From: Prosthecobacter sp. | GTDB lineage: Bacteria > Verrucomicrobiota > Verrucomicrobiia > Verrucomicrobiales > Verrucomicrobiaceae | NCBI RefSeq assembly: GCF_046154365.1 | Contig: NZ_JBJXFV010000065.1 | Coordinates: 2,006-66,005 of the forward strand | DNA: 64,000 bases | Direction of reading: 5' to 3' | In this document: positions 1-9,332 of the stretch, piece after piece | How positions within the stretch are numbered: the first letter of the stretch is position 1 | Layout: every line of letters begins with the position of its first letter | Notes under the pieces: model-generated | Told to the model about the DNA's origin: nothing | What the model saw: the letters and a program-made list of their open reading frames with translations, nothing else | Databases searched by the model: none | Program-made: the position numbers and the translations under genes

Positions 1-3000
1 CATAATGGGAGCGTCATGGGCGCGCAACTCCTGTTTGACCGCCAATGTCTGTGGATCACGCAGGCGTACCATGCGGTCGGCGCCGCCTTCGGCGAGCAGG
101 GTGCCATCGGCCGAGGTGGCGATGGCGTTGATGACGCTGCCGTTGATGACGGAGTGTACCCTCACGCCCGAACCGGCATCATACAGCACCAGCCGGTCTT
201 CCGAGCCTGGCAGGCTGCGCGACGCCTTGGCGGCGAGGAGCGCGATGATGCGCGGTGAGGATCCGACCCACTCCGCCTCGCGGATGGAAAATGTCTTGTC
301 CCACGCGACGGTGGTGCTGTGGCCGGTCTGGGTATCGACCACATAAAAAGCGCTGGCAGCGCGGATGAGCAGGCGGTCCCCCGGGGGATTGAAGTGCATG
401 AAGGTAAGCCCGCCGGGTGCAGTCAGGAGTCGCACCTCCACGACGTGATCTAGGTCACGACGCAGCAGTTGAATGTTGGAGACAGATTTATTGACGGCTG
501 CCACGGCTGCCATGACGCCATTCGCGCTGGCGGTGACGATGCGCGCTGCTTTGTCGGATGCCTGCCAGACCGGCGGGCTCGCCGCGCTCTCAAGTTGTAG
601 ATCGATGAGATCGATGCCGGAGGTTGCGCCGTGGGTGAAGATCAGGTCGTCGCTGCTCCAGAAGCAGGTGTTGGCAAATTCACGTGCCGTCAGGTGGAAA
701 TCTTCACTTATGCCTTTGAGCCGCCAGGCTTTGGCAGTGAGGCCCGTGGCAAGAATTTCTCCGGAGAGCGGATGCACGCACAGATCCCTGCCGGTGCTGC
801 TGGCATTGAGCAGCGGCTGGAGAAAGACACCGGTGGGCGCATCCCAGACCTGGATGGACTGGCGGCCGCCTGAAAGATTGGAGAGAGTGACGAAACGCTT
901 CCCGTCCAGCGCATAGGCCAGGGAGGACACCGCGCGGTCATTGGCGCGGAACTCGTAGCGGAGGTTGCCGGTTTTGAGTTCCAGACAGCGCACAAAGCCG
1001 CGCTGATCGCCAGTCAAGGCGTAACGGCCGTCAGGACTGATCGTGAGCGCGGTGAGGCGCATGCGCGGAATGCTCAACTCGCGCAGCACATCGCCGCTGA
1101 AGGCGTTGATGATCTGGAGCCTCTGGCCGTTTGTCGCTTTGTTGCAGACTATTTGACGCCCGGTGCGGTCAAAGGCGGCGTGCATTAATGACTCCGTCCC
1201 TGCGGCAGTCCAGAGTATCTCCCCATTAAGCGCCAGGCGCATGTGGGCTGGCCCGTTGCGCGATATTTCCAAAAGACGCCGACCATCGGGGCTGTAAATC
1301 AGCGCGTCCGTGTCAGAGCTGGCCCAGCGGGTGATGACACTGCCGTCCTGCAGGTTATGAATGACGGTGCCACCGCCGCTGAGCTTCGCGACCGCGAGCC
1401 GTTCTCCATCTGGCGAAACAGACAGGCAAAAGTCAGGCGCAGAGCGATCTTCAAAATCGAGCTGGAAGTGCAGCAGAGTCGATTCAGTGCCGAGTTTGGT
1501 GATCGACACCCAATGGTCTGAGGAGACGGTAATAAACACGCCCGCCCGGGTGGGGTGCGGCAGCACCCGCTCTACCGCAGCACCACCGGGCACCTGGATG
1601 CTGGCCATCGAGGTGTCTGATTTTCCCATCAGATAGCGCCAGTTCGAGTCACGCAGCTCCATTGGGACCGCCTGAAGCGCGGCCTGCATCGCACTGCCGT
1701 CCTGATCGCGATACGCGGCGTCTGCCAGGGCGATTTGTGCCTTGGCCAGAGATCTTCTGGCGGCTTCCTTTTCCTCATGCGCGCTGAGCTCACTCAGTTC
1801 GGCCAAACTACGCAGCCGGTTGTGTTCGCGCTCGGCCTGCGTGATGCGCCAAGTCTGCATGCCACTGACACTAATGCCGATAAGAAGCGCTACGGCCACC
1901 AGGGTGCCCATGATGTAAACCAGCCGGTTGCGGTTCACCAGTTTTCGTAGTCGGTAACGATTGTTGTGCGGGCGGGCGACCAAGGGCTCGCACATCAGAT
2001 ACCGCTCCACGTCCATGGCTAGGCCATTCGCTGTTTCATAGCGCAGGTTGCGATCTTTCTGCATGGCCTTCATCACGATCCAGTCCAGGTCCTCACGCAA
2101 AGCAGCGGTCAGCAAGGCCAGTGTGCTCTGTTGACGTGCCGCCACCTTGGCGGCGGCGTCTTTTGGCACCAAAGCGAGCGCAGCCGAAGGCTTTGGGGGA
2201 ATCTCCTCGCAAATCACCCGGCGGATTTCTTGTTCGCCAGCAGCCAGCAGTTTTTTCTTATCAAAGGGGGTGCGCCCGGTGAGCAGTTCATACAGGAGAA
2301 CACCCAGGGCATACACATCGCAGCGGGTGTCGATGTCGATGTTCCCCGCCGCCTGCTCCGGGCTCATGTAAACCGGTGTGCCGATCATCTGCTCGCATGG
2401 CGGGTGGGTCTTCACGCCGTTCGGCATCGGGCGGGTGGCCCTAGCAATGCCAAAATCAATCACCTTAGGCAGCGGTTGTCCGTCGCTCCTGCTGACGAGA
2501 ATATTGCTGGGCTTGATGTCACGATGGCTGACGCCCTTTTGATGCGCATGCTGCAAGGCTTTGCAGACGTCAATGAAGAGGCGCAGGCGCTCTGTAGTAC
2601 GCAGTTGATGTTCATCGCAGAATCGCGTGATGGGAATCCCGCCCACCAGCTCCATCACAAAGTAGGGCAGCCCCTCGTCGGTCGCCCCCGCATCATAAAC
2701 CTTCGCGATGCAAGGGTGGTCCATCAATGCCAGCAGTTGCCGCTCGGCTTCGAACTGCGCGATGATTTCGCGTGTATCCATGCCCAGTTTGACGACTTTC
2801 AGCGCCACCCGGCGTGGAATCGGTCCTTTTTGCTCGGCGTGCCACACGCAGCCGAAACCTCCGGAGCCGATCACTTTCAGCAGCCGGTAACGGTCGATAT
2901 GGGCATGTTGTTGATGGTCTTCCTGCTGCGCCAGATGCAAGGTTTCCTCATCCTCATCTGCCTCGTTATGTCCTGGTTCGTGTGCCGCACTGCCATTCCG

Positions 3001-3141
3001 AGCCGCAAGTCGTTCCTCGATACGACGCCTCAAGGCATCGTCATCACCACATTCCCGCTTCAGGTAGGAATTACGCTGAGCCATCGGTCGCTTTAAAACG
3101 GCCTGAAAAAGAGCTTCCTCAGCAGGGTGTGAAGCACTCAT
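1..3141 (-). CDS. Ser/Thr protein kinase (Hanks-type) with one TM helix and C-terminal WD40-like beta-propeller repeats; 3' end lies beyond window start
   Basis: The gene is missing from the ORF track because no stop codon falls inside the window. My own reverse-strand translation from ATG 3141-3139 reads [19 protein letters not shown]... and stays open in frame to position 1 (1047 codons). Kinase motifs are [30 protein letters not shown] and [13 protein letters not shown] helix ([19 protein letters not shown]) is followed by repeated SPDG/DG-containing blade-like units. ORF 2131..3096(+) is its antisense shadow. Confidence 0.85.
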   Translation of the reverse strand, partial: MSASHPAEEALFQAVLKRPMAQRNSYLKRECGDDDALRRRIEERLAARNGSAAHEPGHNEADEDEETLHLAQQEDHQQHAHIDRYRLLKVIGSGGFGCVWHAEQKGPIPRRVALKVVKLGMDTREIIAQFEAERQLLALMDHPCIAKVYDAGATDEGLPYFVMELVGGIPITRFCDEHQLRTTERLRLFIDVCKALQHAHQKGVSHRDIKPSNILVSRSDGQPLPKVIDFGIARATRPMPNGVKTHPPCEQMIGTPVYMSPEQAAGNIDIDTRCDVYALGVLLYELLTGRTPFDKKKLLAAGEQEIRRVICEEIPPKPSAALALVPKDAAAKVAARQQSTLALLTAALREDLDWIVMKAMQKDRNLRYETANGLAMDVERYLMCEPLVARPHNNRYRLRKLVNRNRLVYIMGTLVAVALLIGISVSGMQTWRITQAEREHNRLRSLAELSELSAHEEKEAARRSLAKAQIALADAAYRDQDGSAMQAALQAVPMELRDSNWRYLMGKSDTSMASIQVPGGAAVERVLPHPTRAGVFITVSSDHWVSITKLGTESTLLHFQLDFEDRSAPDFCLSVSPDGERLAVAKLSGGGTVIHNLQDGSVITRWASSDTDALIYSPDGRRLLEISRNGPAHMRLALNGEILWTAAGTESLMHAAFDRTGRQIVCNKATNGQRLQIINAFSGDVLRELSIPRMRLTALTISPDGRYALTGDQRGFVRCLELKTGNLRYEFRANDRAVSSLAYALDGKRFVTLSNLSGGRQSIQVWDAPTGVFLQPLLNASSTGRDLCVHPLSGEILATGLTAKAWRLKGISEDFHLTAREFANTCFWSSDDLIFTHGATSGIDLIDLQLESAASPPVWQASDKAARIVTASANGVMAAVAAVNKSVSNIQLLRRDLDHVVEVRLLTAPGGLTFMHFNPPGDRLLIRAASAFYVVDTQTGHSTTVAWDKTFSIREAEWVGSSPRIIALLAAKASRSLPGSEDRLVLYDAGSGVRVHSVINGSVINAIATSADGTLLAEGGADRMVRLRDPQTLAVKQELRAHDAPIM

Positions 3142-3256
3142 GGTTAGCGAACATTCTGACGAGTTCGCCCAATGAGGCAATCGCTCACTTCAAAAGTTAT
3201 TAGAAATGGAATGGCTGCGTTTATCAGCTTCCGACTGCTGAATCCCGGCGATAAAA

Positions 3257-4390
3257 TCAGTCCAACAGCTTCTCCCCACCAGTGTATTTCTTCACTGCAT
3301 CGGGGTCGAGTTCGAGGCCGAGGCCGGGCGTCGTCGGAATTGCCAGCATGCCATCCGCATCAAGCTTCCAGCCACCGACGGTGATTTCGTCGATGAAGGG
3401 CGAGCCGGTGAGATACTCGACGAGATCCGTACCGGGGAATGCCGATGCGAGATGCAGATCAGCCGCGAGACCGACCGCCGTGTTCCAGCCATGCGGGATG
3501 AACTGCACACCGTGCTCCTGCGCCATCCAGGCGATGCGGCGCTCCTCGCTGATGCCGCCGACTTTGGTCACATCGGGCTGGATGATGTCGAAGGCGCGCG
3601 CTTCCAGGAAGGGCTGGAATGCCTGACGACGTGTGAGCACCTCGCCGCCGGAGATCGGCACGGGCGAGTGCTCGCGAAGTTTGGGGAAGTCTTCGAGCGA
3701 GTCGGGCGTGAGCGCTTCTTCAAACCAATGCACATCGTAGTCGGCGAGCATCTTTGCGGTGTTCAGCGCCCACTTGTACCCGTTCGTCCAATGTGCGTCG
3801 CTGCCACCGGCATCGACCATGAGCTTGTTATCCGGTCCCACGGCTTCGCGTGCTGCTTTGACGATGGCTTCATCCGTCGCCGCATTGCGCCGACCAAACG
3901 GCCCCCAGCCGATCTTGAAGGCGCGGAAGCCCTGCGCTTTCACTTTGAGCAGGTGGTCGCGCAGTTTTTCAGGCTCATCCATCAGCAGCGAGGCATAAGG
4001 CTGCACACGTTCGCGATACCGACCGCCAAGCAAGCGTCCGACGGGCTGCCCAGTCGCCTTGCCAAGCAAATCCCACAGCGCGATGTCGATGCCGCTGATC
4101 GTATGCGTGATCGAGCCGCCGCGCCCGAGCCAGAACATGTTCTGCTGCAGCTTCTCACTCACGCGTTCGGGTTCGAGTGCGTTCTCGCCGCGATACAGTG
4201 GCTCCAACACGGCCAGCGAAGCGCGCACCAGCGCATCGTTGGTGAACACACTGCCGAGTCCAACAGCGCCTTCATCGGTGTGGACGGCGATGAGCGTGTG
4301 GACGCAGTCATCAGGCCGGAGTTCGTTGCTCCAGCCGCCTTCAGGTGTGGCTCCGCGCAAACCTGCGCAGCGGATTTCTCGGATTTTCAT
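3257..4390 (-). CDS. enolase-superfamily enzyme (mandelate racemase / muconate lactonizing enzyme family)
   Basis: Lies inside ORF 3257..4537(-). I moved the start to ATG 4390 (MKIREIRCAGL...), which overlaps the upstream stop as ATGA. Family-like segments are GIDIALWDLLGKATGQPV, FKIGWGPFG, LMVDAGGS, WFEEAL and IQPDVTKVGG. Confidence 0.85.
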   Translation of the reverse strand: MKIREIRCAGLRGATPEGGWSNELRPDDCVHTLIAVHTDEGAVGLGSVFTNDALVRASLAVLEPLYRGENALEPERVSEKLQQNMFWLGRGGSITHTISGIDIALWDLLGKATGQPVGRLLGGRYRERVQPYASLLMDEPEKLRDHLLKVKAQGFRAFKIGWGPFGRRNAATDEAIVKAAREAVGPDNKLMVDAGGSDAHWTNGYKWALNTAKMLADYDVHWFEEALTPDSLEDFPKLREHSPVPISGGEVLTRRQAFQPFLEARAFDIIQPDVTKVGGISEERRIAWMAQEHGVQFIPHGWNTAVGLAADLHLASAFPGTDLVEYLTGSPFIDEITVGGWKLDADGMLAIPTTPGLGLELDPDAVKKYTGGEKLLD

Positions 4391-5883
4391 GGGCGCAAAA
4401 AAAGTTTGGGATTGGGAGTGAAGGTGACATCCGCATCGAGCGGGAAAATCGGTCGTGAGCAACGGGTGTGTCCGAGATACGGCAAATTGGCGCTGGAGGA
4501 GCCGGGCGCATCCACATTCACCATCCGCACGCACCACGCTGCGTACATGTGGTGCTGACAGTGTGGCGACTTGATCACCACGGCGTCGAATCGCTCTGGG
4601 TTCTGACCGTGCGCGTAAAAGAACGAGCGGTCGTAGAGATTCACAGCGCGGCTGCTGACGACGAGCGTGAAGTTTTCAGTCTCCAGCACCGCCGTCGGAC
4701 CAGCGAGCCACTCTTCGCCGAAGGATTCGCTGCGGAATCGACCGTCGGCGAGCAAACGCACCTTGGCGGTGATTTGCAGCGGTTTGAAACGCTGCGGATC
4801 CAGTGTGCCGCCGATCGTCGTCGTGAGCGTAGCCCCGATGCCCGCCGCGAAGGCCATCTTCACGACCGGTTCATCGACGATGGGCAACAGCGTGCGCAAG
4901 GCGCAGCCGGATTCCATGAGCGCACGCAGGATGGCGTTGCTATCGCCCGAAGCTCCGGAGCTGGTCGCATCTGCGGCATCGACAAGCGCGAGCGTGCCGC
5001 TGGTGAGTGCATTGGCGATGCGCGCCATCTCCTCCAGGCTCACCAGCGGCACCTGCATCTTCTCGTGATGCTCCCAGAACAAGTTCGCGATGCGAAGCGC
5101 CTCGCGCTCGGCCAGCACCGGGTCGTTATCGGTCACCACAAAGGCACAGGAGGCGAGTTCCGGCACATCGGTAAACGGATTGCCCCACATCATCGCCGCA
5201 GACAATCCGCCAGCACTTTGCTCGATCTCCTTCGCCGCATTCACCGCATGGTGTATCGAGCCACTGGCCGTGATCAGCTCGTCACCGCGCACGAGCGCTG
5301 GCACAGTGACTTTGGCAGTCACCGGCTTCACCTCGCCTGCAACGATCCGCAGTAGCAACCGCGCTGCGCGCTGGCCCGTCTCAAAGAAATCAACATGCGG
5401 GTAGGTGTGATACGCCACGATGGCATCGCTGTGCTGTAGCATGCGATCCGTCAAAATACCGTGCAGATCGAGCGACACGACGATGGGAATGCGCTCGCCG
5501 AGAATCTTCCGCGTCTCCGCCAGCAGCCAGCCTTCGGGATCAAGCTCCACCTCGCTCGCCATCGCCCCGTGCATGCAGAAATACACGCCATCCACCGGCG
5601 GTGCCGTGCGGATGGAATCGAGAAACTCCGCCGCGATGCGCTCCCAGTCCGCCTTTGCCAATGTGCCGCCCGAGGTGATGAAGAACGCGCTGTAAGTCGG
5701 CACCAGTTCGGCGTCAGGAGTCGAATCGAAAACGCTGAGCGCTCCGCCGATCTCATTCCGCACGGAGCGGTGATAACTCAGCAACTCCCCACCACGCCGA
5801 ATACCGAAGTCCGTGTAGCCGCTAAGGTGCGGATTGAAGGTGGAGACCTCCTGTTTGCATTCGGCGATGAGGATGCGCGGCAT
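4387..5883 (-). CDS. M81-family metallopeptidase (MlrC / microcystinase C-like, DUF1485 N-terminus)
   Basis: ORF of 498 aa. The N-terminus MPRILIAECKQEVSTFNP and the segments VDGVYFCMHGAM and HTYPHVD are typical of MlrC-like proteins. Its stop overlaps the next gene's start (ATGA at 4387-4390). Confidence 0.85.
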   Translation of the reverse strand: MPRILIAECKQEVSTFNPHLSGYTDFGIRRGGELLSYHRSVRNEIGGALSVFDSTPDAELVPTYSAFFITSGGTLAKADWERIAAEFLDSIRTAPPVDGVYFCMHGAMASEVELDPEGWLLAETRKILGERIPIVVSLDLHGILTDRMLQHSDAIVAYHTYPHVDFFETGQRAARLLLRIVAGEVKPVTAKVTVPALVRGDELITASGSIHHAVNAAKEIEQSAGGLSAAMMWGNPFTDVPELASCAFVVTDNDPVLAEREALRIANLFWEHHEKMQVPLVSLEEMARIANALTSGTLALVDAADATSSGASGDSNAILRALMESGCALRTLLPIVDEPVVKMAFAAGIGATLTTTIGGTLDPQRFKPLQITAKVRLLADGRFRSESFGEEWLAGPTAVLETENFTLVVSSRAVNLYDRSFFYAHGQNPERFDAVVIKSPHCQHHMYAAWCVRMVNVDAPGSSSANLPYLGHTRCSRPIFPLDADVTFTPNPKLFLRP

Positions 5884-5999
5884 GATTGAGAAAGTAGTGC
5901 TGGCCTTTAGCTCGCATCAGTTACGCATGACGTTAATGACAGCTTCCAGGAGAACGATGTTTTCACGGGCTAAAGCCCATGACTACATAAATTGGTTCT

Positions 6000-6929
6000 T
6001 CATGGAAGCACGGGCGGGTCGTTCATTACCTGCGCCTCGATGTCCATGCCCACACGGTGACTCCACGCGCCGATCATCTTCTTGAACAACGGCCCCGGTT
6101 TGCCATCGCCGATGGGGATGTTGTTGTTCTTCGTGCAGGGAGCGAGGCAGTAGGGCGTGGTGGTCAGCCAGGCTTCGTCGGCGTTGATCACGTCGTAGGG
6201 CTGGAAGTCCTTTTCGATGAACTCCATGCCGATCTGTGGCGCGAGTTCCTTCACGGTTTGCAGGCTGATGCCCCAGAGGATGTTGCGCGTTGTCGGTGAG
6301 ATGATCGTGCGGCCTTTGATGATGACGAAATTCGAGCCGGAGCACTCAGTGACATTGCCATCAAGGTCGAGCAGCAGCGTGATCGCGCGCGGGTCCACGG
6401 CTTGCGCTTGTTTCTCCGCGAGGAACCAGTGCAGGCGGCTGCGGTTCTTCATCTTGGGCTCAATGCACTGCGGCGGAATGTGGCGAATGGACGGCGTGAC
6501 GACATGCGCGCCATCGACAAACAAATGCCGCCACATGCTGAAGCGCAGCGGGAACGAGTGGATGCAAATGGTCGGCGTCATCGGACCTGAATCTCCAGCG
6601 CTGCCAGCGTAGAGCGCGTTCTCGCCAGGTGTGACGAAATGCACGATGCCGATGTCTTCTTCGGGTCGCAACAGCTTGCAGTTGGCTTCGGCCAGTTCGC
6701 TGGTTCTCGCCAGCATCTCATCCTGCGACAATGGCACCGCGATGTCGGAATACTTCAGCGACCGATACAGCCGCGCCACGTGATCCGCTGCTCGATACGG
6801 CTGATGACGAAACGTGCGCGTCATCTCGGTGAGCGTTGCACCGAGCACGATGCCGAGGTCGTAGATGTTCAGCTTCGCCTGTGAGGCGGAAACGAAGCCG
6901 GTGTTCAGATAGACGATGGGTTCGCTCAT
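6000..6929 (-). CDS. fold-type IV (class IV) aminotransferase, branched-chain / D-amino-acid aminotransferase family
   Basis: Lies inside ORF 6000..7226(-). The start is set at ATG 6929 (MSEPIVYLNTGFV...). Supporting segments are NIYDLGIVLGATLTEMTRTF, ECSGSNFVIIKG and TPYCLAP. The longer ORF extension is Arg/His-rich and not protein-like. Confidence 0.8.
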   Translation of the reverse strand: MSEPIVYLNTGFVSASQAKLNIYDLGIVLGATLTEMTRTFRHQPYRAADHVARLYRSLKYSDIAVPLSQDEMLARTSELAEANCKLLRPEEDIGIVHFVTPGENALYAGSAGDSGPMTPTICIHSFPLRFSMWRHLFVDGAHVVTPSIRHIPPQCIEPKMKNRSRLHWFLAEKQAQAVDPRAITLLLDLDGNVTECSGSNFVIIKGRTIISPTTRNILWGISLQTVKELAPQIGMEFIEKDFQPYDVINADEAWLTTTPYCLAPCTKNNNIPIGDGKPGPLFKKMIGAWSHRVGMDIEAQVMNDPPVLP

Positions 6930-7324
6930 TGGGCGTGCGGGCTTTGTTTGATGCGGTCGAAGATGTTTGACGTGATGCGTTGCGCTCGCGCATCGACTCC
7001 TTTCGGTTCGGTATAAACCTTGGGTCGCACATAGCCTGGAGGCTCGGACAAAGCGTCGGCCCACCAACAGGTGGCGGCGTTGAAGACGAGGTTCTTCTTC
7101 GGGCCGGGATACATCGTCGCAGTGTAAACGCCTTCGCCCTTGGGCCCTTTGGTGCCGTTGCGGGTCTTGCCGGTGGACATGACTTCGAGTCCTGGAATGT
7201 CTGCAGGCATGCCCATCCACTCCCAACCGACCAAGCCGGGAATGTCATCGCCTTGTTTCATGCCGATGAGCGGCGGGGACAAAGCCAGCGCACTGGACTG
7301 GGCGATGAAGTTTCTGCGGTTCAT
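6926..7324 (-). CDS. small exported hypothetical protein with Tat-like signal (MNRRNFIAQSSALALSPP)
   Basis: Lies inside ORF 6926..7594(-), with the start set at ATG 7324. Its stop overlaps the aminotransferase start as ATGA (6926-6929), which supports real translation. I recognised no family. Confidence 0.45.
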   Translation of the reverse strand: MNRRNFIAQSSALALSPPLIGMKQGDDIPGLVGWEWMGMPADIPGLEVMSTGKTRNGTKGPKGEGVYTATMYPGPKKNLVFNAATCWWADALSEPPGYVRPKVYTEPKGVDARAQRITSNIFDRIKQSPHAQ

Positions 7325-7421
7325 GCGGCGATCAATTGGCAGAGGTGGTCTCATCCTGTGCTGGCTACTTCTACGCGGGCCGCGCCGTTGCATTGCAAGG
7401 CAGCGACCAGGTGCCGTGGTT

Positions 7422-8741
7422 TTATGTGAGCAGCCACTGCCACGCCGTTTGCACTTCGATCTTTGCGGGCGGGGATGTCTTTGGGAAACCCGTCTGGTGC
7501 AGTGTGAGCAGCGTTCGTTTGGCACGGGGAAAGCTCGTCGTCGCATCGGCCAGGGCTCGGAACTCACGCTCCGCCGTCGCAGGATCGCTTGCATCTGCGC
7601 ATACTTGGATCAGCTCCTGCCGTCCATCTGCGTGCCGCGCCAGGAAGTCGATCTCGTAACCGGCAGGCGTGCGCACCCACGTCACTGCCGCCCGGCGGCG
7701 CTCAAGCTCCAGGAGCACCAGCGTTTCCAGCATATGGCCGGTGTTCGCGCGGCCCGAACGATCATAGAGCGCCATGAGCGCAGGATCGATGGGATAGGCC
7801 TTGCGCGGGTTCACCATGCGCTGCCGCTCCGACGCGGATTCCATCCACACGGTACGCACGAGGAAGGCCTCCTCGAGATGGGCGAGCAGATCATGCAGCG
7901 TGTTCTTCGCCACCGGCATGCCCTGCGTCGTGAGGAAGTTGTGAATCTTCTGCACGCTGAACGGGCTGCCCGCATTAGCGAGCAGATGCCGCACGAGGAA
8001 CCGCAGCGCGCTCACGTTGGCCACTTGATGCCGCTCCACCACGTCGCGCAGCAGCGCCACATCGACATAGCTCTGCAGAAGCCGCGCGCGCGCATCCGGC
8101 GGCAGCCCGATGGTCTCTGGAAACCCGCCGCCGACAAGATAATCGGTCAGCGCCTTCTCCATGCGCGAGCGCTTGGCTGGCGTCAGCACGGCCACGTCAT
8201 CGGGCACCGGCAGTCCCTGGTGCGTGAGCACCTCGCGAAAGCTGAACGGATGAATGACAACCTCCAGCGCGCGGCCCCGCATCGAGGTCGCCACTTCCTG
8301 GCTCAGCATCCGTGCCGACGAACCGCTCACAAAAACCTCCACCTTCTCCGTGTCGAGAATGCGTCTGACGAACGACTCCCAGCCCTTCACCAACTGCACC
8401 TCGTCGAGACACCACAGCACCTTCTGCTTCGACCGGGTGGCGGGATGTGTGCGGTAGTATTCGTCGAGCACAAAGGTCAGCGCCTCCGCCTCCAGGGAGG
8501 GCAAGCGCTCGTCCTCGAAGTTCAGGTAGATCAACTGCTCGCGCCGCGCACCCTGCGCCAGCCGCTCCTGCATCTGTTGATAAAGAAAGCAGGTCTTGCC
8601 CGCGCGCCTCATGCCGATCACCGCCTGGGCCTTGCCGGGCAGCAAGGTCATCACCACCTGTCGTGGCGTCAGCACCGGCAGTTCCTGGCTCATGCCGAGG
8701 GCGAGCTTTTCCTGGAGAACCGCTTTCTGACTGGCTGTCAT
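7422..8741 (-). CDS. AAA+ ATP-binding protein of the AAA_14 + DUF4143 type
   Basis: ORF 7422..8774(-). It has a Walker A-like motif GMRRAGKT and a Walker B-like motif LWCLDEVQ, with a C-terminal DUF4143-like half. The start is preferred at ATG 8741 (MTASQKAV...) because it forms an ATGA overlap with the upstream ORF's stop. Confidence 0.8.
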   Translation of the reverse strand: MTASQKAVLQEKLALGMSQELPVLTPRQVVMTLLPGKAQAVIGMRRAGKTCFLYQQMQERLAQGARREQLIYLNFEDERLPSLEAEALTFVLDEYYRTHPATRSKQKVLWCLDEVQLVKGWESFVRRILDTEKVEVFVSGSSARMLSQEVATSMRGRALEVVIHPFSFREVLTHQGLPVPDDVAVLTPAKRSRMEKALTDYLVGGGFPETIGLPPDARARLLQSYVDVALLRDVVERHQVANVSALRFLVRHLLANAGSPFSVQKIHNFLTTQGMPVAKNTLHDLLAHLEEAFLVRTVWMESASERQRMVNPRKAYPIDPALMALYDRSGRANTGHMLETLVLLELERRRAAVTWVRTPAGYEIDFLARHADGRQELIQVCADASDPATAEREFRALADATTSFPRAKRTLLTLHQTGFPKTSPPAKIEVQTAWQWLLT

Positions 8742-9163
8742 TTGTCTTTTAAAATGGGATAACTTTGGCCGCATCTATCTCTCATAGAAAGATAAATGGC
8801 AAATGCTCCCTCGACATCACTACAGGAAGCGCGGCGACGATGCTTCGTCTTCGGGCCAATCGCCGGGTTCTTCAGCTTCCAGTCGCGCGTGCCAAGCCGC
8901 GCATTCCCCTTCTGGATCACCTCGGATGCTCCCGATGCATTCGCCTCCTTTCTAATCTGTGCAGCCTCGTCTGCTTGAAACAAAATACAGCGAAGCGCGA
9001 GGTTGGACTTCACCTTGTCCGCCGGCGGCGGGTAGCTGATGTGCCTGGTGAACTTTGCCACCTCGCCATCAAGTTGCCTCGGCAGCGGCGCGGTGTCATT
9101 GCGATTGAAGAAGCCATCGGCCCAGGAATAGCCACCGCGTCGCTCGACGCCGAAGAACACCAC
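8738..9163 (-). CDS. hypothetical protein (141 codons, GTG start only), translationally coupled to the DUF4143 ATPase
   Basis: ORF 8738..9163(-). The sequence is protein-like (FFGVERRGGYSWADGFFNRNDTAPLPRQLDGEVAKF...). The TGA stop overlaps ATG 8741 of the ATPase (tcat at 8738-8741). It has no ATG start and no recognisable family, and it lies in a visibly AT-richer patch. Confidence 0.3.
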   Translation of the reverse strand: MVFFGVERRGGYSWADGFFNRNDTAPLPRQLDGEVAKFTRHISYPPPADKVKSNLALRCILFQADEAAQIRKEANASGASEVIQKGNARLGTRDWKLKNPAIGPKTKHRRRASCSDVEGAFAIYLSMRDRCGQSYPILKDK

Positions 9164-9182
9164 GCTCCTGAGTTTGTTTTAA

Positions 9183-9220
9183 CCACAGATTATTTCTACT
9201 CTAAAAATCTGTGGGTTTTC
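9183..9220 (+). terminator. intrinsic-terminator-like hairpin (9-bp stem CCACAGATT/AATCTGTGG, 14-nt loop) followed by GTTTTCT
   Basis: Read directly from the sequence: stem arms at 9183-9191 and 9206-9214, and a T-rich tail at 9215-9221 on the plus strand only. No convincing plus-strand gene lies upstream. The hairpin sits about 85-120 nt ahead of the sulfatase start. Confidence 0.3.
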
Positions 9221-9332
9221 TGAATCTGCGGCAATCAGGTTCCTGAGAGCTGCAAGTTTTGGTGCGTAAGCCCTGCATTGTTTCGAGTGAATCTGAAACA
9301 TGGCTGCCGGGGACGCGTTGTCGCGCCTCATC

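Noticed and set aside
2131-3096. 321-codon plus-strand ORF
   Set aside because: It is the antisense shadow of the minus-strand Ser/Thr kinase. The reverse strand gives perfect kinase motifs, whereas this frame is Arg/His/Gln-rich with no recognisable domain.
3452-4558. 368-codon plus-strand ORF
   Set aside because: It lies antisense to the enolase-superfamily gene. Its composition is typical of high-GC shadow frames.
7140-8762. 540-codon plus-strand ORF
   Set aside because: It lies antisense to the DUF4143 ATPase and the small Tat protein. It is extremely Arg/His-rich and has no motifs.
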